The notes under the pieces are model-generated. The model was not told the DNA's origin and searched no databases. It saw only the letters and a program-made list of their open reading frames with translations. Of a stretch of DNA of 64,000 nt, positions 1-13,600 are shown one piece after another. Position numbers and translations under genes: made by a program. Positions within the stretch are counted from its first letter, which is position 1; every line of letters begins with the position of its first letter. Source of the DNA: Diadema antillarum. Taxonomy: Eukaryota. The DNA is taken from positions 930,001-994,000 of the forward strand of contig NW_027270929.1 of assembly GCF_040938485.1 (NCBI RefSeq). The letters are read 5' to 3'.

Positions 1-529
1 ATGCATGTATATATTTCTATGTGTGCATAGATTCTCTTCTTTGTTTACTATTGACAAGGTACAAGAATTTGTACTACTCAATGTAACCTGATATGAGGAA
101 TAAAAGTATGAAATAAACTGAAACTTTAATCTATCCATTTACAAGGCATAATGTTTGAAGGACGTTTTCCAAGTCAATCGATTTGCTTATTGATAACCCA
201 CCCCTGTATAATTTTGAAGATTTGCCATGAAATATATGTATTATTTCACATGATTATATATTTGTAATGTGAACTCTGAATGATTATGTTTGATATTGCC
301 TTACTTATTTTTCTTTTATATACAAGTCACAAGTGCAAGTGGAGGAATGAAACTAACTGAAACTGAAATTGAAAAAAAAAGAATTGTGTAATGGAACCGA
401 AAAGAATAAGAAACAGTGATTAAAAAAAAAAAACGAAGTAGGGATACGGACAGGAGCATGGAAGGATGAACAAACAAGAAAGAAACGAAAAGAAAGAAGT
501 ACGAAGATACCCTTCCCAGAGGTCAGTAT

Positions 530-738
530 NNNNNNNNNNNNNNNNNNNNNNNNNNNNNNNNNNNNNNNNNNNNNNNNNNNNNNNNNNNNNNNNNNNNNNN
601 NNNNNNNNNNNNNNNNNNNNNNNNNNNNNNNNNNNNNNNNNNNNNNNNNNNNNNNNNNNNNNNNNNNNNNNNNNNNNNNNNNNNNNNNNNNNNNNNNNNN
701 NNNNNNNNNNNNNNNNNNNNNNNNNNNNNNNNNNNNNN
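530..738. other. Assembly gap (run of N)
   Basis: 209 consecutive N just upstream of the IFT22 promoter region. Confidence 0.99.
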
Positions 739-928
739 TATCGAATGAAAGCAGAAACAGAGCAGTTTTTCCCTGATCACAGCGCGCTGAGCGATATAAA
801 TATTCATGAGGTAAGCGTCCCGAGTTACGACCCTTGACCTCAAGAAATACCGCTGCGCTGGTACCTGCCGAGACGCTGGCGGAGAGAACGAGTACTGCAA
901 TAAACCTGCTTGATTATCATCCTGCATC

Positions 929-3900
929 ATGCTGAAAGCCAAAATATTAGTAATTGGACCCACAGAGGTAACAGCAAAGATTATTTGAAGCGTTATGACT
1001 TAATGTAGTCGAAATTTCGGGTCACACAAACAAAGATGAACGGATATATTTCTGTTCCGCCACCCAGCGTAATCCCATATATTGAAATTTTTGTTGGATG
1101 CGGACTCTTGTTCTTAACAACAAAGGACAGCCCTCGATCTCGACCCTCGACTACCGGTACTAATTAAAATATTTGCTCTTGATTAACGTTAAGCATGTGC
1201 TATTGAAATTGGAGTATAAATATAGACACTGCTTTTCATTTCAGCAGTTTTGATCACTGCCAATGATGAAACCTGTGTCACGTTTTACAAGTGTGACAAA
1301 ATCTGCTTTTGAATTAAATTTATCTCTTTCAGACTTTATACTGTCAATGTCACTACTATTTTAGTGTATAGCCGTAGACCATAGGTCTAGAATGTCAACT
1401 GTTGTGTTTTTGGAAATCTTGCCCATTTCAAAACCGATTTTCATCAAACAAACTTAAAGGACAAGTTCACCTTCATAGATAGACATGTTTTATGTGGGTT
1501 GAGTGAATACAGCAATATTAGTAGTAGAACACATCTATCAGTGAGAGTTTGAGCAAAATCGGACAATCCGTTCAAAAGTTGTGAATTTTTGAAGTTTCTG
1601 CTCAGTCACGGCTGGATGAAAAGACTACTATAGCTTGTGATGTCACATGAGTACAACAATACAAAGAAAGAATAAAGAAAATTCAACATACACTTTATTT
1701 CCATTTTTCTCTCATAACAAAAGAACACTCGACTTCTCTCTTTCAGAAGGCAGGGGGAATAATATTACCCTTAACATACATCAGTAGCAAGTCGAAGAAA
1801 TGTGCACTGTATTCAAAAAGTAAAGTTTTGTGAAATTCTCTTTTTATTTTCCTTATATACAGTGTAGTTGTATGCATGTGACATCATACACTGTAGTAGT
1901 CTTCTCTTCCAGCAGTCACTGGGCAGATAATTAAAATATTCGTAACTTTTGAACGGATTGTCCAATTTTCCTCAAATTTTCACTGATGTGCTCTACTACA
2001 GTACATGTAATAATATTGCTGCATTCTCTCAATCCTTATATGTATATGAAGGTGGACTTGTCCTTTAATTACACCAAGAATTCTATGCTCTCGAATCATA
2101 GTTTTAAGTGGTTTCTCATTATTATCTCGAAAAATAGCCATCTCCCTAGATCCCAACTATTACTGTCCCTTTAAAATTTGCCAATCCAAAACTGTGAATT
2201 ACGGTAAAAGTGGATATTTTCATTTGAGTTTACAATTTTACTTGCCCGGCTGTCTAAGATGAGCTTTAGTGTCTTCATGTTATTCCAAATCAAGACATGA
2301 ACTAAAATTACTGGAACATACACCGTCGTAGCAAGCAAAAATGTTTGCATGCTTTTCACTAATTCCTGTGTTGCACAAAATGCACAAAAATTTCAATATC
2401 ATAAAAATTTCTAATTTTACAGTAACTGTGATTTAAGTGTAAATGAGGAGGGCAAGGCATGCCATCCTTTAGAAATGTACCTCCTTCTAAAGGGAGAGTA
2501 GTTGAGTCTTCAAACAGACAGATTTCTTGTCTAGGTTTCTAATTGTGATTATGAATACTAATGACTTAACATGATTAAAAATCTGATTTTGCCCATAGTC
2601 TGGAAAGAGTGTCTTGTCCAACTTTCTGGCTGATGCAACAGAAATATCAGGAGGAGAATATCATCCAACACAAGGTGTCAGGTGGGTGTTTTCTAATGTA
2701 CTGTTTTACATGTATATATTAGAGAGATAACATGAAAATAGAAACATTATGGAGTACATTTGCTGGAAAAGCTGAAAATATGTGGCTTCGGGAGTTACAA
2801 ATTCTCTGTCAGATGTACATTGTACTGTAATGCTGAAGTGGAAGCCTGTCTCTTTGTGGGATGATCAGACACTGACAAGACCGGTTCTATGAACCCGCAT
2901 TTTAATGTCGGATATTATAGCCCCTCTAATATCCTCATGGACTGTACAATGTGATAGTGATAACCATGTTTTTACTAGCTGTAGTCATGTATGTAAAAGA
3001 AACACTTGATTGTATCCGTAATTTTGTTATTTGTGTGTAATGATGTGTACCCTTGGAGTTTCGAGCATTTTCTTTTCTCAAATACATGCATTACATTTCC
3101 TGTTTTCATTGTTTCAGAGTGCAAATGTAAGATTCTCTTTAATCCTTACTAGCCTATTTTTTATTCTCATAGTGAGATTGTGACATGATGGTACTGTTAT
3201 GAATGCATACATGTATATTTTGGCTTCACGGTATGTACAGCTGTATATAATGATTTTCATCTGACCTAGAATACTGGAGTTTGAGAGTGGCGCCCTCAAT
3301 GTTGGAAATCGCTCGCTCTCTGCCGAGGTAGAGCTGTGGGATTGCAGTGGAGATCAGAAGTGAGTATGAGTTCAAGCTGTAGGCTACATCACTCCATTCT
3401 CTGTGTCAGAAACTTTGTGGACAAATATGAGCTGCATAATTGTCTGCACTATGTTCTAAAATCTAATCTGTACTTGATTTGACAAAGTGATTTTCATAAA
3501 AATCTAAGTCTCTTTGTTTTGAAATGCAAGAATCATGTTGATATATCTTGTATAAGTATAACAAGGAGATTTTTTAGCATTTGGTGTAGACTTAACTACA
3601 GTGCACTCCCGTTATAACGAACATGGTTATAACAAAATTCTGGTTACAACGAAGTAAAAATTAGGGCCGCAACATTATCCACTCTATGTATTTTTATTAT
3701 TCATTTGTTTGGTTATAAGGAAATTTCGATATAACGAAAGAAAACTGCTGGTCCGAGAACTTCGTTATAATGGGAGTCCACTGTATATCATGTGAGTCAA
3801 TAACTTGAGTGCCTGCCTTTTGTTGTAATGCAGTTCTTTTCTGATCTTTTCTTTTTCCATTCTAGATTTGACGAATGCTGGCCAGCCTTTATGAAGGATG

Positions 3901-6703
3901 TTTCTGGGGTCGTCATAGTCTACAACCCTGATCAGGCAAATCATGAGAGAGAATTAGACACATGGTATGATACACTGCACATGTGATGTTTATTGAAGCA
4001 TTATTTAAATCTAGACTGACTGTTATGTTCCATCCACTTGACCACTTCTTTGAGTTAATGATAGAAGATAGAAATTTCATTTTATAATTTTAACTACTGG
4101 TAGTAGTTTAGCTTGCATTTTCCAACAAAACTAAAGCAAATAACGATCCCATATTAGATATGACTCATACTATATTTCTCCCCCTCTATGACATTATATA
4201 ACTCTTAAATTACCATATTCTTTCAACTCTGTCTTGTTTGCACTCTGTTATATGTTACGCTTGAACTGCACTCTGGAGTAAATGTTATTTTTTGTGACTA
4301 ATTCTTTTTATGTGTGTGGTGTGTGTGTGACCAATTTTTCTTGCTACATATGTAGATGAGGGAGTCACAGTTGTGCATCGTCCTATGGTAATTTGTTGGT
4401 TTTCACATCGTTCAAATCACAAATTCACTTTCTCCTGTTCTTTCTATGTTCAAAGGTACACACACTTTGTGACCCAGCAGGGACTAAAGGATGGTCAGTG
4501 TGTCATAATGGGCCATCATAGACCCAACACGTCAGAAGCAGTCAGGGTACAAATACGTGAGTGTCTCAACTAATTGGTTGTTGCTGTCATTTTCCTGAAA
4601 GTATTTGAAAACACGATTTAAAATTGGTCACTTAGTTTGTGTGTAGTTGATGCTGAAGGGGCTTTGTTTCTTCACTTTAATCCAAATGTAAGCATATAGT
4701 TTGCTATAGATGTAGCCACCTTAAGGTGGCTAATTCAAACATATACCTGTATTAGCACACTTTCTCTGCATTTACTGGTAGCAAGTATAAATGAAGCTTA
4801 AATTGTTTTTTTGTCCCCGCCGAACGAGTTCGAGCAGGGGACTATGAAACGGGCTCCGTACGTGTGTGTGTCCGTCCGTGTGTCCGTGCGTCCGTGTGTC
4901 CGTCCGTGTGTGCGTCCGTGTGTGATCAAAATGTTCAAAATGCTACTCCTTCGCCATTTCTAACCCGATTTGATTCTGTTTGCTTTATATGATAGCACTA
5001 CATGGGAGCTTTGAAACTTCTATACAGAATTTCAATTGTGACCTTTGACCTTGACCTTTGACCTATATTGTACATTTTGCTTCAAAATGCTACTCCTTCG
5101 CCATTTCTAACCCGATTTTGATTCCGTTTGCTTTATATGATGGCACTAGGTGAGGGCTTCAAAACTTCTACACAGAATTTTGACCTTTGACCTTGATTTT
5201 TGACCTATATTGTACATTTTGCTACAAAATGCTACTCCTTTGCCATTTGTAACCCGATTTCGATTCCGTTTGCTTTATATGATGGCACTAGGTGAGGGCT
5301 TCAAAACTTCTACACGGAATTTTGACCTTTGACTTCTTTGACCTTTGACCTTGATTTTTGACCTATATTGTACATTTTGCTACAAAATGCTACTCCTTCG
5401 CCATTTCTAACCCGATTTCGATTCCGTTTGCTTTATGTGATGGCACTAGGTGAGGGCTTCAAAACTTCTACACAGAATTTTGACCTTTGACTTCTTTGAC
5501 CTTTGACCTTGATTTTTGACCTATATTGTACATTGCCTACAAAATGCTACTCCTTCGCCATTTCTAACCCGATTTTGATTCCGTTTGCTTTATGTGATGG
5601 CACTAGGTGAGGGCTGCAAAACTTCTACACAGAATTTTGACCTTTGACTTCTTTGACCTTTGACCTTGATTTTTGACCTATATTGTACATTTTGCTACAA
5701 AATGCTACTCCTTTGCCATTTGTAACCCGATTTCAATTCCGTTTGCTTTAAGTGATGGCACTAGGTGAGGGCTTCAAAACTTCTACACAGAATTTTGACC
5801 TTTGACTTCTTTGACCTTTGACCTTGATTTTTTTACCTATATTGTACATTGGCTACAAAATGCTACTCCTTCGCCATTTCTAACCCGATTTCGATTCCGT
5901 TTGCTTTATGTGATGGCACTAGGTGAGGGCTTCAAAACTTCTACGTAGAATTTTGACCTTTGACTTCTTTGACCTTTGACCTTCATCTTTTTACCTATAT
6001 TGTACATTTTGCTACTAAATGCTACTTCCGGCGGGGACATATATTACGCACCGCGTAATTTCTACTTTTCCTTGTTTTAATTCATATTACTTTTTATCTT
6101 CTAGCTTTACGGTGCTGTTAAGGTTTTGTTACAATGTACAGGGGAAAGGAGTTTCTGCTAAAATTGGAATGGTGTGCAATGTATTAACAAAATTTGCATG
6201 CCATAATACCGTAATTTAGCCAATCAAGAATCAAACGTTAGTAATTCCTATATGTTTGAGATGTTGTTAATGAGCAGTGTAACGTGACAAATAACATTTC
6301 TCCCAAACAGAGAAGTTCAAAACTTCTATGTAATGATATCATCACTCAAGCATGATTCTTGTACAGTGTATATGACCAAGGAACTAGTGCATGTGCACGC
6401 CTGTCATTATCCATGTACACGTATTATGTTTTCCTTTTGCTTCATAAAATGCAAAGCAATTGCTAATTGCTAATGAAGATGATAGTGCACATGTGCATCA
6501 TCATAACTGATTACGTTCTTCCTCGACTCTTTCTTTTCCCCTCTCAAATATCAGCAACAAAGATGTCGAAGGTCAACCATGTGCAGACCAATCTTGAAGA
6601 TGATGCAGACTCGGTGAGGGCAGACTTCAACCTGTTCCTCTCCAAAGTTTTGGCTTTCATTAGCAAGAGGCAAGACCAGGAGGAGCTCAGCATAATACAA
6701 TGA
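929..6703 (+). CDS. IFT22: Intraflagellar transport protein 22 (Rab-like 5), 6 coding exons, 186 aa
   Basis: Exons 929-967, 2599-2681, 3270-3359, 3866-3964, 4456-4556, 6555-6703. All junctions GT-AG, phases consistent, total 561 nt. Translation MLKAKILVIGPTE-SGKSVLSNFLADATEISGGEYHPTQGVR-ILEFES...EVELWDCSGDQK-FDECWPAFMKDVSGVVIVYN...-...VQTNLEDDADSVRADFNLFLSKVLAFISKRQDQEELSIIQ* matches IFT22/RABL5 as recalled (P-loop GPxESGKS, LWDCxGD, SNLEDD, EELSI C-terminus). Confidence 0.96.
1454..2068. mobile_element. TTAA-flanked MITE, Kolobok-like (family A, copy 1)
   Basis: TTAA|AGGACAAGTTCACCTTCAT ... ATGAAGGTGGACTTGTCCT|TTAA terminal inverted repeats with TTAA duplication. An inverted homologue lies at 24664-25220. 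Confidence 0.8.
2200..2424. mobile_element. TA-flanked MITE with CTGTAAAA-type ends (family C)
   Basis: TACGGTAAAAGTGGATATTTT ... AATTTTACAGTA; internal sequence shared with 25310-25505. Confidence 0.6.
3597..3785. mobile_element. Tc1/mariner (pogo/Tigger-like) MITE, family B
   Basis: TA|CAGTGCACTCCCGTTATAACGAA ... TTCGTTATAATGGGAGTCCACTG|TA. Homologues at 9430-9615, ~13596-13778 and 31518-31707. Confidence 0.8.
4803..6069 (+). mobile_element. Helentron/DINE-1-like non-autonomous element carrying a ~158-bp satellite array
   Basis: Subterminal inverted repeat TGTCCCCGCCG (4812-4822) / CGGCGGGGACA (6029-6039). GTCC/GT-rich microsatellite at ~4862-4924, about 7 tandem units, 3' hairpin ATTACGC-ACC-GCGTAAT (6043-6059), T-rich flanks. 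Confidence 0.75.
4937..6027. repeat. Tandem repeat, ~7 copies of a 142-158 bp unit
   Basis: Unit AAAATGCTACTCCTTCGCCATTTCTAACCCGATTTCGATTCCG...TTGACCTTTGAC...ATTGTACATTTTGCTAC restarts near 4937, 5084, 5226, 5384, 5541, 5699, 5857 and 6017. Confidence 0.95.
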
Positions 6704-8179
6704 TGCATTCGTCTTACAGAGTATTTGATTTCAGGAGTTTAGCATCTTGACAACTGTATTTGTAGCATGTTCACACACACACACACACACACAAACTTAC
6801 ACGCCTGCACTCACACTCGCAAAATAGACAACAAATATCCCTTGAAGTGCTGTCATAGAAAAGGAAAGGGGATCTACTTTACAGTGTGCTTGAAAGATAT
6901 TGATCTATACACTGTAAAACACTTTATCTCTATATCAAAATTTATATTGATGAACATTATTTTCATGGATATGGCTGAGGTGTTCATACATGTTGTCTGA
7001 ATGCCAGACATAAGAAAGTGTGATATATGTAACATAAATGGACAAACATGAGAAATTGTGCAGTCTTTGCCATTATTATTTTTTTTTTTAAGAATACATC
7101 CTGGAAACTTTCACTATTCAACCTATGTGTAGCTCGGTTGGCAGCTCAGTACTGTTTACTGAACAGCAAAAATCTCTGCCCTTCATATGTATTTCACAAA
7201 TGTATCCCCTGATTAAACAAAATGAAGGTTAAGAAGGGATGAGACAATTGCCACATGATTACCTGGAATTTCAGAAATTCTAAAGGACAGTCTTTCAGTA
7301 TTGTCAGCTTGCGTTATTTTCAGTGGAGTAAACTTTCCCAGAATTCACACTCTGCTAAACTAGTGCAAAATCAAGAACATGTGAATACATGTACTGTATT
7401 TACTCATCAATTCCACATGATTTTTGAATTACAAGCAGAAAATTTCAGGGACATTGCCAAGCAAGAAAATCAATCCAATAAAATTGTCCCCTTTTACACT
7501 ATTTTATCATTACACCAGGTGTATTCCGTCGACATGTACAACAGAGTTTAAGTTAATCTTATCATTAAGAATTGGAGGACTGTTCCAAGTGATGTCACAA
7601 TGAAGCTGCCAAGACTTCCCTATGGAGGTCATCAAATTTGAAAGCTCACTAATGTGGAAATGGCCCTTTAACATGCATTTAACCACTGTTACTCAAATTC
7701 TTTACTAGTCTGCTGCATTTGATTGCCTGAAGTCATCGGAGGCACTGATCGCATGGGTTAAACATTTCTTTTATGGCCTTTCTAAATATGTAGAGTGTTG
7801 ACTTACTCATTCATACAAAAAGTCTGAATTTGATTTTCGAGGTCTATCAATCTGTAGTAAATGCATTGTGAAATAGATTGTACAGTGGTAAATGAGCTCA
7901 TGGGCAGTACAGTGTATCACTTTATGTAAATACTTCTCATATTGTAAACTCTTATATGCTATTGTAAATATTTGTGTATCTATTTCTTTGAATAGATATT
8001 GTCTTTTATTAGATTATAAAATAATAAATGTTGTAGAAGTACCTGTGATGTCTCACTGCTTATTTGCTTCCAGTTGAATATCTGCATATCAGTGTCAAGT
8101 TCTTTGCTTCAAACACAGAGTTCTAGGCAAATTTACAGCTCCACTTAAAGAGAAATTTGCCTCATATATATATATATAT

Positions 8180-8223
<44 letters not shown>

Positions 8224-8239
8224 GTATATATGGATTCAG

Positions 8240-8760
8240 TGCACATCAAGGGAGTTTGAGAAAAGCAGACAATCCATTTAAAAATGAATTTTTAAAGTTG
8301 TGGTTACCTCCATGTGCCCTTATAGTGGGATGAGAAAACTACAACAGTTTGTGATGTCACAATAGGGCAGTATTTGATAAAACTTCTTCCTTTATTGCCC
8401 TAAAAGTACATGTTCCTTTGACTTGGTACTACCATAACCTTATGTAAAGGGCAACAGTATTCCCCCTGCATTCAGAAGAGGCAAGTCAAGTGCTCTTTCA
8501 TTATGCCAGAAAAATGAAAATACTATGTATATTGAATTATCTCTCATCTTTATAGCATTGCCCTACATCTTACATCATGAACTTTTGTAGTGAGTCTTCT
8601 TATCCAGCAATGATGGCACAAGGATTTACCAAAATTTTAATTTCACAACTATGGAATGGATTGCCCGATTTTCCTCAAACGTCACTATTGTGTTCTTATA
8701 CCATTTCTGCATTGACTGACTCCACACACGTTTGGGGTAATAATTGCCTTGTAAGTCCCG
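8240..8760. mobile_element. Degenerate copy of family A MITE
   Basis: Internal blocks such as GTTTGAGAAAAGCAGACAATCCATTTAAAAATGAATTTTT and GATGAGAAAACTACAACAGTTTGTGATGTCACA resemble 1545-1650; the termini are eroded. Confidence 0.55.
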
Positions 8761-9429
8761 ACTTCATATTTGAATCATTTTTGGTGAAATACATTAGCCT
8801 CTCGTAACATCAATCCACAGATCATCAAAGTGAAGTTTTCTTGTCATGCCATTATGTGCTAGTTTTATCACATGTCTCAATATTGCTCTATTTCACACAC
8901 ACAAAATCAAACACATACATTAGGTACATAGCGTACACACTCTTAGAGTCCTGTGTGGCTCATTTTCTTTAATCTACATGTGTATGTACGACACATACAT
9001 CACAAAATGAAATTGACAGTATTTTTCTCATTTACTACAATATATCATGATTTATTTCACAATGAAGTAAACACATGGAGACTTGACACAGTCTTTCCTG
9101 TTGTGGAGTACCACGATAGCATCTGCTGCCAATAGAAGGCATGCTAGCGTGAATAAGTAACCTTCTGTGTGTCACGTGACAAGCACTTTGAGTAGAAACT
9201 TTTACCACTAGATGAAAGTATTCCTCTAGATGGTGCTGCTCTGGCATGCAATTTGATACAGCATGGGGATATGTTTACTTCAGCGACGGATGCTGAATTT
9301 CATTCAAGAGAACAAACACTGAGAAAATTGGGAGCAGTGCAGAAATTCAATGCACAAAGGGTACCTATTTCTTCTTTTATCAAGAAACACTTTCATAACA
9401 CACTTAATGAAATGTCAGACTGCATAATA

Positions 9430-9615
9430 CAGTGGATTCCCGTTATAACAAAGTTCGGGTCCGGCAGTTTCCTTTCATTATATCAAAATATCATTATAAC
9501 TGAAAGAATAAACAATAAATATACATAGAATGGATAATGTTGCGGCCTGAATTTTTACTTCATTGTAACCAGAATTTCATTATAACTGTGTTCATTATAA
9601 CGGGAGTGCACTGTA
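9430..9615. mobile_element. Family B MITE copy (reverse orientation)
   Basis: TA|CAGTGGATTCCCGTTATAAC ... ATTATAACGGGAGTGCACTG|TA. Confidence 0.75.
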
Positions 9616-10693
9616 GACAAACTTTAGTGTCTGAAAATGTGCTAGTAATATAAGGCTCATTACATATATGCAGGCATATAGAGGCTTTGGGTAATTCTGC
9701 AAGCAAAACAAAGTTTTAATTTCTCTCTTAAATTGGCAATGTTTTGTTGTTGAATTTTGTTCTTATTTTGTGCTGATTTAATCAATGTAACCAGTCCCAT
9801 CGAGTCTTTTCTAATACAAAATAAACAGTAAATTTCAGAGTTTCGAATGTGATTACAAAATCATAATATCTACATCAAAATATCCCCTAGACTCCCTAAG
9901 GGTAAGTACTGATAAAAAGTCCCATATGCCCCAAGGTTTCTGGGGCCCTAAGGGTGCTACAAAACATTGTGTGCTGCTTAGTGTCATGTTCATGATTTGG
10001 ATGCCATAGTCCTATATCACTGATATCATCCAAAGACCAGCATCATTGGTCATTAAATTGAGTTGAAAAACAGAAGAATAAAAATCACGATGAGGAATAA
10101 TAATTGAGAAATCTCAGAATAAATTCAGTGAAAATAGATACAGCTATACTGCATACACGATATATTTCATAGATAGTTCCACATTGTGCATTCAACCAGT
10201 GGTGAAATGTCCTACAAGTTCCAAGTCGCAAAATATATTTTGGGAAACATTTGCCACAGGGCACCCAATAGAAATTTCATAAAATTACAAAGAGCAGCCA
10301 ATTCCATTTCTTTAGAATCCTGTCAATTACCATCAATCAGAGGTAACTAATAGAATTAAAAGTTTACCAAATGATGACGAGGAAGGAATATCATGAAGGC
10401 ATGGACGGCTAACAGGCAACAGGTAGCCAAAACCACAACATAGCATTAGCTCACTTGGATGAGCTGCTACACATGAGAAGCTACCCGAGGCATCCTGCAG
10501 TTATCTTGGGGGAATTCCCCCTGCTTGTTTCACCAGGCTGAATAACTGAAGGTCTTCTAGTTGGACTTGAACAAGCGCCCTTGTCAGCAAAGTGAACGCT
10601 GCAGAAATTTATTCATCAGTCCCATGATCACAGTTACAAGATTGGGAGCACGGCAAGGCGATCCATTATGAGGTCACACTGAATGGTGCAGCA

Positions 10694-13600
10694 TCACGTT
10701 GCCCATATAAGGCTCTGATTCTTCCTGTAGCATTCCAAGCTGCAGAGGGGAACACCAGTCTTTGAACATGAGTACTTCTTGGCATTCCGACAGCCAGCGA
10801 TTCCACATGTGATGACAGGTTTGATGGGCCTGATGAAATGAGGTAAGCCAAAATGGAATACAGAGGTCATAGGTGATAGGAGTATCTCATAAGTCTTTAA
10901 CATCTTTTGCAAATATCATTTCCCAAAATTTGTGCTATGAAGATGGTATGGACAAGCTACATTCTCTTTCAAATGGAATTCATAGCATTTTGTCAACCTT
11001 ACATTAACATTCATTATTGTGTTGGCTAGAATACTTATGAATAGACAAGATTCACAATCCATCAAAGATTTGTCACTTCATTCCCTTCATTCTGATCTTG
11101 ATTTTGAACTGTCCTTCCCAAAGTTTGGGAGAATTTCCATCTTATATGCTTTTTAAAAATGCACATTGTGCAGATCACAACACTTGAGAGAGTTAGGATG
11201 ACACGAGGAGTGAGAAAACAATCTGGAAATGTGCATGAAACCAATGAGGTGCTTGGCACTGCAGAATGACATAGAGTAATGCACCATGCCTCTCAGAACA
11301 AGCAAAGAAGTTTTCATTTCATTCATTATCATCTGAGGTGCACACTAATAGAACATTGGTATGTGCAGAACAAATAATATGTGCATGCATTTAATACAAA
11401 TAACAATGTCTTCAAAAAATGACCCAAAACAAAAAATGACCAAGATGACTCAAGAGCAGTGGTACAAAATTAGTGAGGTATATAAGAAGGGCCCATATAA
11501 TGATAATGGCAACATCTCTTTGATCGCGGCACATTTTACCTCAAAATAACACAAGAATGCTGAGTTAACACTTACAGAGCTGACATTTTCTCTATTGGGA
11601 AGTCATGGCCAGCTGGGTAGGACAATGAGATTCCACTGATACCATTGATGTACCTAATGTGGGGCACCTCAAGACTTCTCTTCTGTTTAGCCTGTTACAT
11701 AACAAAGAAACAAAACCAAAACACTTCATAATACATCAGATTGATATACAAATGCAGGGTTCAATTAGAAACATTTCCCAGAACATGTTAGATCAAGCAT
11801 AGAAGGAAGACTAGCTGGTAGTGTCTATGAGAGCCATGTGAAAGCACCTCAACAGTGGCGAGTTCAACTGTTTTTAATAGTGCTCCATTCCATTAGGGTT
11901 ACCTTCCACGGTCTTGGCTCACAAACAGCCAATGCAAATTCCGACAGTAGAAGTAATTACCAATTTCTCCATCTCATACTCTTTTTCATCTTTTTCCCTT
12001 TTTTTATCAATTAACCCTTTTAAATTAATTTGTGTCCTTAGGGCAGAAGTTTAAGGAAAGGTAATTTCAATTCTTGTTTAGCGGAACATTAGCTCATCAC
12101 GTTTGAAACAAAGGCAAAACTACTCTGTGGATGCGATGACTGTATATTGTGGTACGGTACCCACTACAGCTGTACTATCAATCTGATCATAACAGCATAA
12201 TAATGACTGTGAAATCAAAGTGATTGTTGTCTTTTGTCGTTATAGATTTGTGGAAAGTTGTCGATGATTGCTAATCAATATTTCAGAAGCAAACTTACCT
12301 TTGCAGCTTTGGTTTTGGCATCTTGCTTCTTTAGGAGTTTTTCTATGGTTTGTTTCTGCAACAAAGGAAACATTCAGAAGTTTGGGATACTGATTCAGAT
12401 TGATGAAATACTGCCTAGTTTCAGATCAGCACTGTTCAGTGAATCATGGCATTAATATATAAGACTTCAAATATCAATCATACATTTCTGCATAATGAAA
12501 CAAGCAAATATTGACATCATGACCCAACATAAATGAATGACCATGACATCAATCATTTCATTACCAAAACTAAGATAGAAAGCAGTTGCTACACCTATCA
12601 AACATATCTTACATTTGAATCTGTATAAGTACATCATGGAACAAATAACCTTTAATCACTTGTCTTCGGTTACTTTGCTGTCCATCAAAGCATTGCACAA
12701 TTTAAAGGAAAATTTTTTTTAAATGTTTTTCTGGATCTTTATAAAATGAGGGATGTCACAAAGGGCATATATTGCACAATCAATCAGACTTTGTGCCAAC
12801 AAATGAGTGGCAAGGCAATATCATAAATGAAGAGCCAGCACTGACAGAGACTGTGCTACCTTGTTCTCTTCAACCTTCCGTCTCTCCTGTACACGTCTCC
12901 TCTGGGCTTTCTGGGCCTTCTTCTGCAGCATCTCCGCCGTCATCTCTGGCACCTTGCCCTGGGCCCCAAAGATGCCAGCTGTTGGGTCGTCATCCTCGGC
13001 TGTAGCTCGCTTTAGGAGGGATCTCTATTAAGAGAAATTAGAAAATCCATGACGGAATTGTCGAGGAGACATTTTTTGAAAGACGCAAGCTAGCCTTTGC
13101 AAATAGCGAATCCTTCTTAAATCATCATACCTGAATCACTGCATAACAAGTATACAATTTTTTCCCCATGAAAAATATCAAATTCTCCTGAAAAAAAAAA
13201 AGAAATTAATGTTGTTGGGATTTTTTCCTCCTCTTGCTCAGCAACACAAAAATGTAGCTGGCTGGTGGTGTCTTGGCTGATTGCTCTCCACATATCCTCT
13301 TTGCCTCGGAAGTTTGAATTGGTTGCAGTACACTTATCTAGCATTCTCTCTTCTGTTTATTTGTTTGCTTGTGTGTTGTTGTTTTTTCTAATATCTATAG
13401 TCTGAATGACGATGAAAACAGTGATGAGAGTGACTATAATTATGGTTACTCCAATGCCACCATTTACGTATACTCAAGTCCAACAGGGTGCTTCATTTAA
13501 ATCAATTCACAGTCAACTGTCCATGTCTGTGTAAGGTCCTGGTTATAACAAGGTTCCCCTGCACTATGACAGCTCTGTGGCAAACTTATGTAGATAGAGT

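Noticed and set aside
466-963. ORFs 466-837 (+) and 523-963 (-)
   Set aside because: They are open only because they run through the N gap; no recognisable protein.
760-1130. RFX X-box expected for a ciliary gene promoter
   Set aside because: No convincing GTYNCYATRGNAAC match was seen; part of the upstream region is hidden by the gap.
4937-6027. CRISPR-like array
   Set aside because: Units are contiguous near-identical repeats without unique spacers, in a eukaryotic intron.
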